This document shows positions 14,344 to 22,997 of a stretch of 64,000 bases of DNA, in pieces; the first letter of the stretch is position 1, and each line of letters opens with the position of its first letter. Made by a program: the position numbers and the translations under genes. Source of the stretch: Calditrichota bacterium (GTDB taxonomy: Bacteria > Caldisericota > Caldisericia > UBA6126); the NCBI GenBank assembly GCA_036725105.1, contig DAIMET010000004.1, positions 7,719-71,718 on the forward strand, written 5' to 3'. The notes under the pieces were generated by a model. That model was given only the letters and a program-made list of their open reading frames with translations. It made no database searches and had not been told where the DNA came from.

Positions 14344-15347
14344 GAGATATCCAACCAAAAGCAGTATCCTATCTAAACAATCCCTTTTACTATTTGGGAG
14401 GGATCACCTTCATCTTCCTTGTATTCCAGGTTTTATCGGGAACATTTTTGTTTATGAACTTTGTTCCAGCTATAGGCGGAGCTTATAATACACCAATCCC
14501 AGGTGCCTATGGTTCTCTTGTTTATATCACGAACACTCTACCATTTGGCGTATATCTACGAACTTTTCACCGATTTGCAGCCATGGGAATGCTTCTATTT
14601 GCTATTCTTCACTTGATTCGTATGTGGACTACTAACAAAGTGTCTAAACCCAGAAATCTTGGGTGGATCAGTGGTTTAGTGCTAGTATTTTTCGTGGTAG
14701 TGATCATTTTTACTGGTTTTTTATCTTCATACACCCCGCAATTTGAAGCTATGCTCATGAAATGGGCAGAGTTTTTTGATTATGGCCGTCGAGAATACCA
14801 GAATTTGTTGTCTGCAAATTTTGGACTTCATCTCTTACTGCCCATTTTGATTTTGATTGGTCTCATTATTCATTTCAAAAGAATTGCCAGACCAAAAATA
14901 ACACCACCTCTTTCGCTTATTTTATTCATTACTGGGATACTCATTTTATTGACCGCATTGTTTCCCATTCCATTTTTACCCGAAGAGCCTGTTGCATTCG
15001 AAGGAACCATTCCCACTTTTATGCAACAGATGTCAGTGTTGATCATCTTTTTAGGAATTTGCGTCCTCCTTGCCTTTTTACCAATGATTCTTCGACGAAA
15101 GCAGCTTTTTGCGAAAGTCGATCAAATTCGATGTACGGGCTGTCTATATTGTGTCGATGTTTGTCCGAAAAAAGCAATAAAACCCATCACGAAAGGAACC
15201 AGAGTTGTAGCATTCGTTGATGAATCCAAATGCCAGGGATGCGGAATATGCGAAGGTACATGTCGATCTCTTGCAATCCAGATCTACAATGATCCCTCAA
15301 AATCTACTTTAGAGGAGGTTCGAGCAATATGGCTAACAAAGAATTAG
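14340..15347 (+). CDS. Cytochrome b (four His heme ligands, no PEWY) fused to a C-terminal 2x[4Fe-4S] ferredoxin domain
   Basis: H77/H91 and H164/H178 with 14-residue spacing; CTGCLYCVDVCP and CQGCGICEGTC. Confidence 0.9.
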   Translation: MRDIQPKAVSYLNNPFYYLGGITFIFLVFQVLSGTFLFMNFVPAIGGAYNTPIPGAYGSLVYITNTLPFGVYLRTFHRFAAMGMLLFAILHLIRMWTTNKVSKPRNLGWISGLVLVFFVVVIIFTGFLSSYTPQFEAMLMKWAEFFDYGRREYQNLLSANFGLHLLLPILILIGLIIHFKRIARPKITPPLSLILFITGILILLTALFPIPFLPEEPVAFEGTIPTFMQQMSVLIIFLGICVLLAFLPMILRRKQLFAKVDQIRCTGCLYCVDVCPKKAIKPITKGTRVVAFVDESKCQGCGICEGTCRSLAIQIYNDPSKSTLEEVRAIWLTKN

Positions 15348-15724
15348 TATACCTTTTCCCATGCCTCGCAGAAAAAAGAAAAAAACTCATCCAAGAACTC
15401 ACCAAAAAGTACTCTTCGATCAAAGTTGTACCAATAATTTGTGCGGGTCGCTTTAATACTAGTTTAGCTCTAAAACTTATACATGAAGGAGCAAAAGGGG
15501 TGATTGTTTTAGGCTGCGAACCCGGAGATTGTCATTATCGAGAGGGAGCTGTCTTTTCTGAAAGGCGCTTTCTCCTTGCAAAGCATACACTAAAGGCCTT
15601 CGGTCTGGAAGAAGATCGATTTCAGGCATTGTGGCATAAACCTTCGGATGTGAAACATACTATGAAAGAAGTAGAACAGTGCATGAAGCTCTTATCTGAT
15701 CTAGACGAAGAGGGGGCGAAATAA
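15329..15724 (+). CDS. mvhD: MvhD/FlxD-like [2Fe-2S] subunit
   Basis: PC..VPIICAGR..GAKGVIVLGCEPGDCHY MvhD signature. Confidence 0.9.
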   Translation: MANKELVYLFPCLAEKRKKLIQELTKKYSSIKVVPIICAGRFNTSLALKLIHEGAKGVIVLGCEPGDCHYREGAVFSERRFLLAKHTLKAFGLEEDRFQALWHKPSDVKHTMKEVEQCMKLLSDLDEEGAK

Positions 15725-16716
15725 TGAAAACCCAAATTGAAAAAAACATAAAGCAGCTCTTAAACGAAATGTGGAAACCAGGAGACCTGGCTCTAGCATG
15801 GAAAAAAGCTTCTTTGCCTGGACACCGAATTCCTGCTTTCATTACACAAAAAGAAGAGATTCAAGACATCATTTACGATTCTTTTTGTGATCTTTCATTG
15901 GCGAAATATGTCAATTCTTTTAATCGTAAAGAGATTTTACCTCCCACATTTAAAGGAAAAATCCATATTGTTTGCAAACCATGTGATGCAAAATCAGTAA
16001 TGCAAGCATTTGCAGATGAGCAAATTTCTGAAGAAATGATCAATTTAATTGTAGTTGCTTGCGATGGCATCATCGACCTAACCAAAATTGAAAAGGAATG
16101 TGAAAAAGCTATTGAAAGCTATCAAGAAGAAGATTATGTGATTGTTTGCAAAGATATTGATGGAAACGAACATCGCTTTGATAAGAGAGAGTATTGGCTG
16201 AGAAAATGTGCTGATACACGGAACTGCGATTTCCCATTTTATTACGGTTATTACTTTGTTGGTAACGAAAAAGAATACAAAAAGCGTATCAAGCACTACC
16301 GCAGTAATTGGAGAACTTTACCACAGGATACCATGTCACCCAAAGAACTACGAAACATGATTCACCAAGAGTTGCAGCGATGCATACGCTGTAATGCTTG
16401 CCGAAACATCTGTCCAGCCTGTTTCTGTTCTGATCAGTGTATATTTGACAAACCAAAAGAAAACGTGAACCTTCTTGACATCGATACATCCACAGAGAAT
16501 ACAATTTTGTATCACATGATACGTTTTCACCATGTAGCACCAAACTGTACCGGCTGTGGAGAATGCGAAAGAGCATGTCCAAGAAATATCCCATTACATA
16601 TTTTTTATGAGTATTTCAACCGATTAATGGAAGAAGAATTTGGTTACCAACCTGGTAAGACAAACGACGAAAGACAAAAGCTTCTTTCTTACAATCTAGG
16701 CGAAGACTTGGTTTAA
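15724..16716 (+). CDS. FlxC/FdhB(FrhB)-like 4Fe-4S subunit
   Basis: VCKPCD..VVACDG; RCIRCNACRNICPACFC; CTGCGECERACP. Confidence 0.8.
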   Translation: MKTQIEKNIKQLLNEMWKPGDLALAWKKASLPGHRIPAFITQKEEIQDIIYDSFCDLSLAKYVNSFNRKEILPPTFKGKIHIVCKPCDAKSVMQAFADEQISEEMINLIVVACDGIIDLTKIEKECEKAIESYQEEDYVIVCKDIDGNEHRFDKREYWLRKCADTRNCDFPFYYGYYFVGNEKEYKKRIKHYRSNWRTLPQDTMSPKELRNMIHQELQRCIRCNACRNICPACFCSDQCIFDKPKENVNLLDIDTSTENTILYHMIRFHHVAPNCTGCGECERACPRNIPLHIFYEYFNRLMEEEFGYQPGKTNDERQKLLSYNLGEDLV

Positions 16717-16725
16717 GGAGGAATC

Positions 16726-17769
16726 ATGAGAAAGAGATTAAAAATTGATCAATTCAAACCCTTTCTACAGGAATTGCAAAAACAGGCTACTCTGATTGCT
16801 CCTGTAAAAACTGAAACCAATGAGCGTGAATTCATGGTAGTACAAGATAACACCAATGTCGCATTGGAGGGATTTAATCCACTTCGCTCCCCGAAGGAGT
16901 TCATATTTCCACAAATGGAAAAGATGTTTGAGTATCATATCCAAAAAGATGGAAAAGCTACTATTAAAGAATCAATTCAAAAAGAACCACAAATTATCCT
17001 AGGTGTGCGCCCCTGTGATTTACATGCAATATCGTATATGCAAGAGTTTTACTCTTCCACCCACGAAGACCCCTATATCCTTGAAAAATTGGATTCGACG
17101 GTTATCATTGGGTGGGCATGTCAAGACCCTATGAATACATGTTTTTGTACTTCTGTTGGAGATTCCCCTGTAGACACAAAAGGTGCGGACATAATGATGG
17201 CTAAAACAGATCAATTTTATTTAATTGAAGTCCTTACCGCTAAAGGGAAAAAAGTGTTTGAAGCAGTTGAATCCCTTCTAGACGAATCTCTTGCAGAAGA
17301 TGATGAAATATACCCCATGATTCGTCGCAATACAGAATCCAAAATCCGAGAGAAAGTAGATCTTCTTTCCGTAAAGGGACGTATTGGGTCAGTGTATTCG
17401 TCTAGTTTTTGGAAAACGTATAGCGATACCTGCATTGCTTGTGGAAGCTGCACTTTTAACTGTCCAACTTGTACTTGTTTTGACACCTCTGACTCACTGG
17501 ACACTTGCCAAGATGGTTGCCGATATCGCACATGGGATACATGCCAAAATTATGCATTTACATTGCATGCTTCGGGTCACAATCCACGAGCAACTCGATT
17601 ACACCGTCTGCGTCAGCGAGTTATGCATAAATTTCATTATTCGGTAGAACAACTCGGTCTCTTTTCTTGTACTGGGTGTGGACGATGCACTCGATCATGT
17701 CCTGTTCGAATCGATATGGTTTCGATCATTAAAGATATCAAGGAGGCAGTTGATCATGGAGAAAAGTAA
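16726..17769 (+). CDS. FlxB/AsrA-like 4Fe-4S subunit
   Basis: GVRPCD; CFCTSVG; CIACGSCTFNCPTCTC; RLRQRVMHKF; CTGCGRCTRSCP. Confidence 0.87.
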   Translation: MRKRLKIDQFKPFLQELQKQATLIAPVKTETNEREFMVVQDNTNVALEGFNPLRSPKEFIFPQMEKMFEYHIQKDGKATIKESIQKEPQIILGVRPCDLHAISYMQEFYSSTHEDPYILEKLDSTVIIGWACQDPMNTCFCTSVGDSPVDTKGADIMMAKTDQFYLIEVLTAKGKKVFEAVESLLDESLAEDDEIYPMIRRNTESKIREKVDLLSVKGRIGSVYSSSFWKTYSDTCIACGSCTFNCPTCTCFDTSDSLDTCQDGCRYRTWDTCQNYAFTLHASGHNPRATRLHRLRQRVMHKFHYSVEQLGLFSCTGCGRCTRSCPVRIDMVSIIKDIKEAVDHGEK

Positions 17770-18643
17770 AAAAATGACAACTACATCACAAAATGAATAT
17801 CTCCCATTTTATGCCCTTATACGAGAAGTAGGTCAACAAACATCCACAGTAAAGCATTTTTGGGTAGAATTACCCAAAGACAAAATTCCAAAAAAATATG
17901 TTCCTGGACAGTTTTATCAACTCTCCCTTCCTGGTGTTGGAGAAGTACCAATATCCATCTCAGACTATGATCCGAAGGCTAATGCTCTTCTTTTTTGCAT
18001 CGCCAAAACGGGCGTTGTAACTAACAAAATTCATGAACTAAAAGAAGGAGAGTATCTAGGACTTCGTGGTCCCTATGGAAACGGCTTTCCAATGGATACT
18101 TTCCAAGGAAAGAACATTGTGGTCGTTGCAGGTGGAATTGGATTAGTTCCTTTGCGAAGCGTTATTGAAGAGTATTTTCGAAATCCTGACAAATATGGTG
18201 AATTGGAAATTTTGTATGGAGCTAGAAATTCCAATGAAATTGTATACAAAGAAGAAATGAAACAGTGGCGACTGAAGAAAAAAACAACCTGCAAAATAAC
18301 CATTGATAAGCCTGAAAAAGGATGGGATGGAAACACGGGTTTTGTGTGCAATCTTGTAGACCAATCTTATTGCGATTGCAGCGAAGTTCTGTTCCATGGG
18401 AATTCATCCGATCGAAGCAACACCGTAGTGTTGGTTGTAGGTCCACCTGTAATGTTTCAATCTATTTTAGATCAATTGTCCTCTATTCAATTTCCAGATG
18501 ATTCTGTTTTTGTATCCCTAGAGAATCACATGAAATGCGGAATTGGAAAATGCGGTCATTGCAACTGCGGTGGCAAATATGTTTGCCAAGATGGTCCCAT
18601 TTTTTCCTGGAAAGAATTGAAATCCATGGAAAAAGAGTACTAG
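17756..18643 (+). CDS. FlxA/AsrB-like FAD/NAD(P)-binding [2Fe-2S] subunit
   Basis: AGGAGG RBS then ATG 17756; PGQF, GEVPISI, RGPYGNGF, AGGIGLVP, VVGPPVM, MKCGIGKCGHC..CQDGP. Confidence 0.9.
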   Translation: MEKSKKMTTTSQNEYLPFYALIREVGQQTSTVKHFWVELPKDKIPKKYVPGQFYQLSLPGVGEVPISISDYDPKANALLFCIAKTGVVTNKIHELKEGEYLGLRGPYGNGFPMDTFQGKNIVVVAGGIGLVPLRSVIEEYFRNPDKYGELEILYGARNSNEIVYKEEMKQWRLKKKTTCKITIDKPEKGWDGNTGFVCNLVDQSYCDCSEVLFHGNSSDRSNTVVLVVGPPVMFQSILDQLSSIQFPDDSVFVSLENHMKCGIGKCGHCNCGGKYVCQDGPIFSWKELKSMEKEY

Positions 18644-18652
18644 GAGGAAGAT

Positions 18653-19804
18653 ATGTCTGTACAATCGAGCACATGGCAAAAAATAACCTACTGGTTGAAA
18701 AATCGATTTCGCAATATGGATATTTTTGACGAGACGCTGCAACCAAAGCACCCTCGAAATCCTGCTTATTGGATTGGTGGGATGTTATATCTTGGTTTGC
18801 TAATTCAGATATTACTTGGTTCGATATTAGCAATTTACTATATTCCTTCTTTTGAAATGGCTTACCGAAGTGTTGAATCAATCATGCAACTGCAATTGTT
18901 TGGAGTTCCAATTGGACCATGGCTACGTGGTTTTCACCGATATTTAGCAGATGCCATAATTATCCTAGCAATGCTTCGTGTTTTTCGCCTTTATTTTGCT
19001 GCTGATCACAAGAAACCACATGAATTTACATGGTTTTGGGCTGTTTTATTCGTTGTCATCACAACCGTATTTGGTTTCAGCGGATACATACTTCCCCTGG
19101 ATCAACGTGCATATTGGGCCACAACTATTGGAACCACAATGCCCACTTTTGTGGACGAACTACCACTGCTGGGCAATTTACATTTAGGGAACTTTTTACA
19201 GTTTATTGCTCGAGGTTCGGTTGTAATCTGCACGAACACCATTACACGTTTTTACGCTCTTCACTATGTCTTGCCTGTTGGCATTGTTGTGTTAGCAGAG
19301 TCGTATTTCTACTTCTTCCGTAAAAAAAGAGTGAATCTTCCTGCTTTAGGGGTGATACTGCTATTTGCTATTGTGATTGCATGGCAAATTCTCGAACCGG
19401 CTCATTCCTTAGCTCCTGCAGATCCCTCATCCCCTCCTGAGCACATTCTACCTGATTGGTATTTCTTGTTTGTTTACTATTTCCTTAAGATAATGAACTT
19501 TTTATGGGGAATTCTGTTTAATGTCATCTTTTTAGTGTTTGTCATTCTGATGCCATATATTGAAAGGAATCATTTTAGAAAACCATCGAAAAGACCTTTG
19601 TGGAATTCTCTTCTTGTTTTAGGCTATGCACTCTTCATTATTCTTTCATGGAGAGCTGCTGCTTATTCGGAATCAGAAGTGTTGCGCGCTGATATTCCTT
19701 GGATTTTCGGTGCATATATTGTGTTTATTCTTGTATTTGGCTGGTGGCAAAAGAAAGTAGATCAAAATGAAAAAAGAAAAGGCGAGTTGGTTCATCAGAA
19801 ATAG
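18653..19804 (+). CDS. Second cytochrome b (long form) with Qo motif PDWY, lacking both heme bH His ligands
   Basis: H95 and H204 kept; R109 and Y218 at the bH His positions; GYILPLDQRAYWA; P267DWY. Confidence 0.9.
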   Translation: MSVQSSTWQKITYWLKNRFRNMDIFDETLQPKHPRNPAYWIGGMLYLGLLIQILLGSILAIYYIPSFEMAYRSVESIMQLQLFGVPIGPWLRGFHRYLADAIIILAMLRVFRLYFAADHKKPHEFTWFWAVLFVVITTVFGFSGYILPLDQRAYWATTIGTTMPTFVDELPLLGNLHLGNFLQFIARGSVVICTNTITRFYALHYVLPVGIVVLAESYFYFFRKKRVNLPALGVILLFAIVIAWQILEPAHSLAPADPSSPPEHILPDWYFLFVYYFLKIMNFLWGILFNVIFLVFVILMPYIERNHFRKPSKRPLWNSLLVLGYALFIILSWRAAAYSESEVLRADIPWIFGAYIVFILVFGWWQKKVDQNEKRKGELVHQK

Positions 19805-20063
19805 CACATGGTTTTTTTGGGTAGCCCTTGTGCCAGCGGTTGTTCTTGGTAATGTTATTTTTCTTAGAATTCAACTATTGGCTCGTTTCGGTTTCCAAAC
19901 TACCCATTTTATCATGTTGCTATTTAGCTCACTGTTGTTTCTAGCACTTCTCCTTTTTCTTTGTTTTATCATCTACGTGCATGACTCGTTGAATGGAAAT
20001 ATCAAAAGACGATTGTCATGGTTTGATTCCTGGATCCAAAAATGGCATTTGGAGGAAGACTGA
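19767..20063 (+). CDS. Small 2-TM hypothetical protein
   Basis: 98 aa, two hydrophobic helices, overlaps the cytochrome b stop. Confidence 0.6.
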   Translation: MKKEKASWFIRNSTWFFWVALVPAVVLGNVIFLRIQLLARFGFQTTHFIMLLFSSLLFLALLLFLCFIIYVHDSLNGNIKRRLSWFDSWIQKWHLEED

Positions 20064-20064
20064 T

Positions 20065-20277
20065 ATGAAAAAAATTGAAAATATGCTGTCCATTCTGTCG
20101 TATGTATTTCTTGTATGTATTGTAATTTTGCTGGGCTTGTGTTCACACTACCACATTATTAATGACCAAAGAATGGTTGTTATTTGCTCTGGTTTGATAT
20201 TGATTCTTTTTGGTATTGTGTTCACACTAGAAACAAAACTAAAGTGGTTGGAGAGTGAAAAAAGATCATTAAAATGA
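20065..20277 (+). CDS. Small 2-TM hypothetical protein
   Basis: GGAGGA RBS then ATG 20065; 70 aa; ATGA overlap with the next gene. Confidence 0.65.
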   Translation: MKKIENMLSILSYVFLVCIVILLGLCSHYHIINDQRMVVICSGLILILFGIVFTLETKLKWLESEKRSLK

Positions 20278-22985
20278 AGCTACATCGTTTCATAGCTTTT
20301 GTTTTTTTATGTTGCCTGATCACAGGGTCGTCCCTTTCTCTTCCTGCAGTCGAAGGAAAGGATAGTCTTTCGATTGAACCGTCCTCTGTTTCTTTTTCCA
20401 TAACAACGACCCAACGCGATACAAAAGCGATTTTACTCACCAACCAATCATCTGAGTCCATACAATTTTCAGTCGTTAAGCAAGCTACTGAAAAAAGCAG
20501 TTCAACTGAAATATTACCATCCTTTCATGGAGATGCACCACAGGAAGTAGGTTCTCCCTGGGTTACTCCTCAATACAATTTTGCCAGAACGGGTTACAAT
20601 CTTATCGAATCAACGTCACCACCTTTTGAACAAAAATGGCGATCAACCTATACAAAAGCTTTGCTTCCCCCTGTTTTATCGGGTAACAACTTATACTTAC
20701 CCTCCGAAGATGGGAGAATTCATCACCTGCATTGTAGGACCGGTGTCAAAGAAGAAATGTTTCATATGGGCGAAGCTCTTTACTCTGTTCATCTATATAC
20801 GCGTTACCTCATTGTAGCTACTAACACAAATCTTGTCCTATTTGATCGAATTGCCAAACAGGTGATTTGGACTCGACCTTACTTTGTTCCAAGCATGTAC
20901 GGCGTTGCAGCTTGGGAGGGCCTGTTGTTTATAGGGACACAGACTAAACTTATCTGTTTGGATCTTATCACTGGACGAGAGATATGGTACAAGCCAGGAT
21001 TATGTGAATACATCTCAACTGATCAAGGGGTTGTAGCAGCTGTGTTGGATTCTTCAACACTTTTTATTGCGCGCGGACAATCTGGAAATGAGATTGTTTC
21101 GATTTCTACTCAAGAAATTTTTACAGGTCCCGCCGTTTTTACCCAGGACAATTTGTATTACTGTACTACTCAACAAGACCTGAAAAAAAGTCATGTTGTT
21201 CGATTTTCGTTAGACGGAAAAAAGCAGTGGGAATACATACAAGAAAACTATATTCCTTCTTCTCTAGCTGTAGACGATCAACATGTGTATTTCTGTACAA
21301 ATCAGGGAGATGTGGTTGCTCTTGAACGTTTCTCTGGGAAGAAGCAGTGGGAAAAAAACATCCATTCCCCCATCCTGATCCCACCTATCGTAGCGTGGAA
21401 TTCCATTTATATAGGCGGAAACGACGGTGCAATCCATTGTTTTAACCGAAATAATGGTACAGACATTTGGAACTACAAAATGTCTTTTCCTCTCAATTCA
21501 CCTTTTGTTATGGCGCAAGGTTTTTTGTATTTTGCCGACAATACTGGGAATTTTTATGCCTTTTGTCGCATTGGAGAAAATGTTCTTCCCCCTTATGCTC
21601 CTGCACGCGTCAAGGGCTATCCTGGAAATCAAAAATTTGTGTTAAGCTGGGAAATTGAGCAGCCAAAACCAGATTTAGCAGGTTTTCATATTTATCGAAA
21701 GAAAGAATTTGAACGTGATTTTTCATTTATAGACAAAACGGATATTGTCAGTTTTTATGAAGATAGTCCCCTTGAGAATGGAGAGAAAGTCAGCTATATT
21801 GTTCGAGCATTTGATACATATGGCAATGAAAGCACCAGCTCCAATATGGTCACGGGTATACCTTCTCAAGATCCAACACCAACCTGGCTTGATTATGTTC
21901 CGACATCCGGTAGTATTAAGCCAAACGATTCGGTCATCCTTACGGTTAAGGTTGATGGCTCTAAGGTTCCCCCTGGTGAATATCATGCTGAACTTGTACT
22001 ACTTTGCTCCCATCTTCCACCCAATGAGAATACAATTCATATTCCTGTATCCATGAAGACATCAAAAGGAGATTCTTCTATTCTTCAGCCTCCTTCTCTT
22101 GAGACAATTACAAGTTCTGACACCAGAGCGTTGCTGAAGTGGAGGAAGTATCCTGCAATATGGTCCATATATGTGTATCGCTCCACGGTGTCTCAAGATG
22201 AAATGGTGCGAATTGCTTCCGTAAGAGGAACTGAAGAGCAATATATTGACGATACCGTCCAAAATGGTGTAATGTATTATTATTCCCTAAAAGCAGTATC
22301 TGAAGATGGTTTATTGAGTGACTTTTCCAACGAGCTTTCTATTGTTCCTATGCCAGCTTCACTCCAAATTTTAAAAGAGAATAGTATTACTGTTTTTCAT
22401 CCAGTTTTTGATATACAGGGGAAAGCAGACCCGAAAGCCAAACTCACTGTACAAGGCCATCCCATTGAGTTAAAAGCTGATGGAACTTTTACCACTCCTC
22501 TCGGAGTACCAGTTGGAATCAGCACTCTTTTCTTCCAGGCTATTGCAACAGATCAGACTGTACAAGAAAAAAAGATAGAAGTGAATTGCATCTCTGAATC
22601 CTATACCATCAAAATGCAGATTCAAAATCCAAATGTAACTGTGAATGATCTTCCATGGCCCTGGGCATTAGAAGCACCCCCTATACTGGAATCTCAAAGA
22701 ACCTTTGTGCCCTTGCGCTTTATTAGTGAAATTGTAGGGGGGTCTGTTCTGTGGGATTCGGAAGAAAAAAGAATTCAAGTTTTGTATAAACAAAACGAAG
22801 TAGTATTATGGATAGGGAAAAGAGAAATTTTAGTCAATGGCAAAAAAGAAAAAATTGATGCTCCGCCATTCATTTTGAACGGTCGCACACTTGTACCATT
22901 GCGATTTGTTACCGAGCCATTGGGAGCAAAAATTGAGTGGAAAGCTGAAACTCGTACAATTTTACTTTCTTTCCATTTTACTTAA
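20274..22985 (+). CDS. Secreted PQQ-like beta-propeller + fibronectin III + copper amine oxidase N-terminal (stalk) domain protein
   Basis: Signal peptide; repeated G..W propeller motifs; two FN3-like GFHIYR/IYVYR segments; C-terminal RTFVPLRFISE..RTLVPLRFVTEPLGAKIEW. Confidence 0.85.
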   Translation: MKLHRFIAFVFLCCLITGSSLSLPAVEGKDSLSIEPSSVSFSITTTQRDTKAILLTNQSSESIQFSVVKQATEKSSSTEILPSFHGDAPQEVGSPWVTPQYNFARTGYNLIESTSPPFEQKWRSTYTKALLPPVLSGNNLYLPSEDGRIHHLHCRTGVKEEMFHMGEALYSVHLYTRYLIVATNTNLVLFDRIAKQVIWTRPYFVPSMYGVAAWEGLLFIGTQTKLICLDLITGREIWYKPGLCEYISTDQGVVAAVLDSSTLFIARGQSGNEIVSISTQEIFTGPAVFTQDNLYYCTTQQDLKKSHVVRFSLDGKKQWEYIQENYIPSSLAVDDQHVYFCTNQGDVVALERFSGKKQWEKNIHSPILIPPIVAWNSIYIGGNDGAIHCFNRNNGTDIWNYKMSFPLNSPFVMAQGFLYFADNTGNFYAFCRIGENVLPPYAPARVKGYPGNQKFVLSWEIEQPKPDLAGFHIYRKKEFERDFSFIDKTDIVSFYEDSPLENGEKVSYIVRAFDTYGNESTSSNMVTGIPSQDPTPTWLDYVPTSGSIKPNDSVILTVKVDGSKVPPGEYHAELVLLCSHLPPNENTIHIPVSMKTSKGDSSILQPPSLETITSSDTRALLKWRKYPAIWSIYVYRSTVSQDEMVRIASVRGTEEQYIDDTVQNGVMYYYSLKAVSEDGLLSDFSNELSIVPMPASLQILKENSITVFHPVFDIQGKADPKAKLTVQGHPIELKADGTFTTPLGVPVGISTLFFQAIATDQTVQEKKIEVNCISESYTIKMQIQNPNVTVNDLPWPWALEAPPILESQRTFVPLRFISEIVGGSVLWDSEEKRIQVLYKQNEVVLWIGKREILVNGKKEKIDAPPFILNGRTLVPLRFVTEPLGAKIEWKAETRTILLSFHFT

Positions 22986-22997
22986 AGAGGTAATACA

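Noticed and set aside
15724-18643. Annotation as anaerobic sulfite reductase AsrABC or sulfhydrogenase
   Set aside because: No siroheme AsrC or NiFe large/small subunit in the operon; MvhD plus an FdhB-like gene indicates Flx-type organisation
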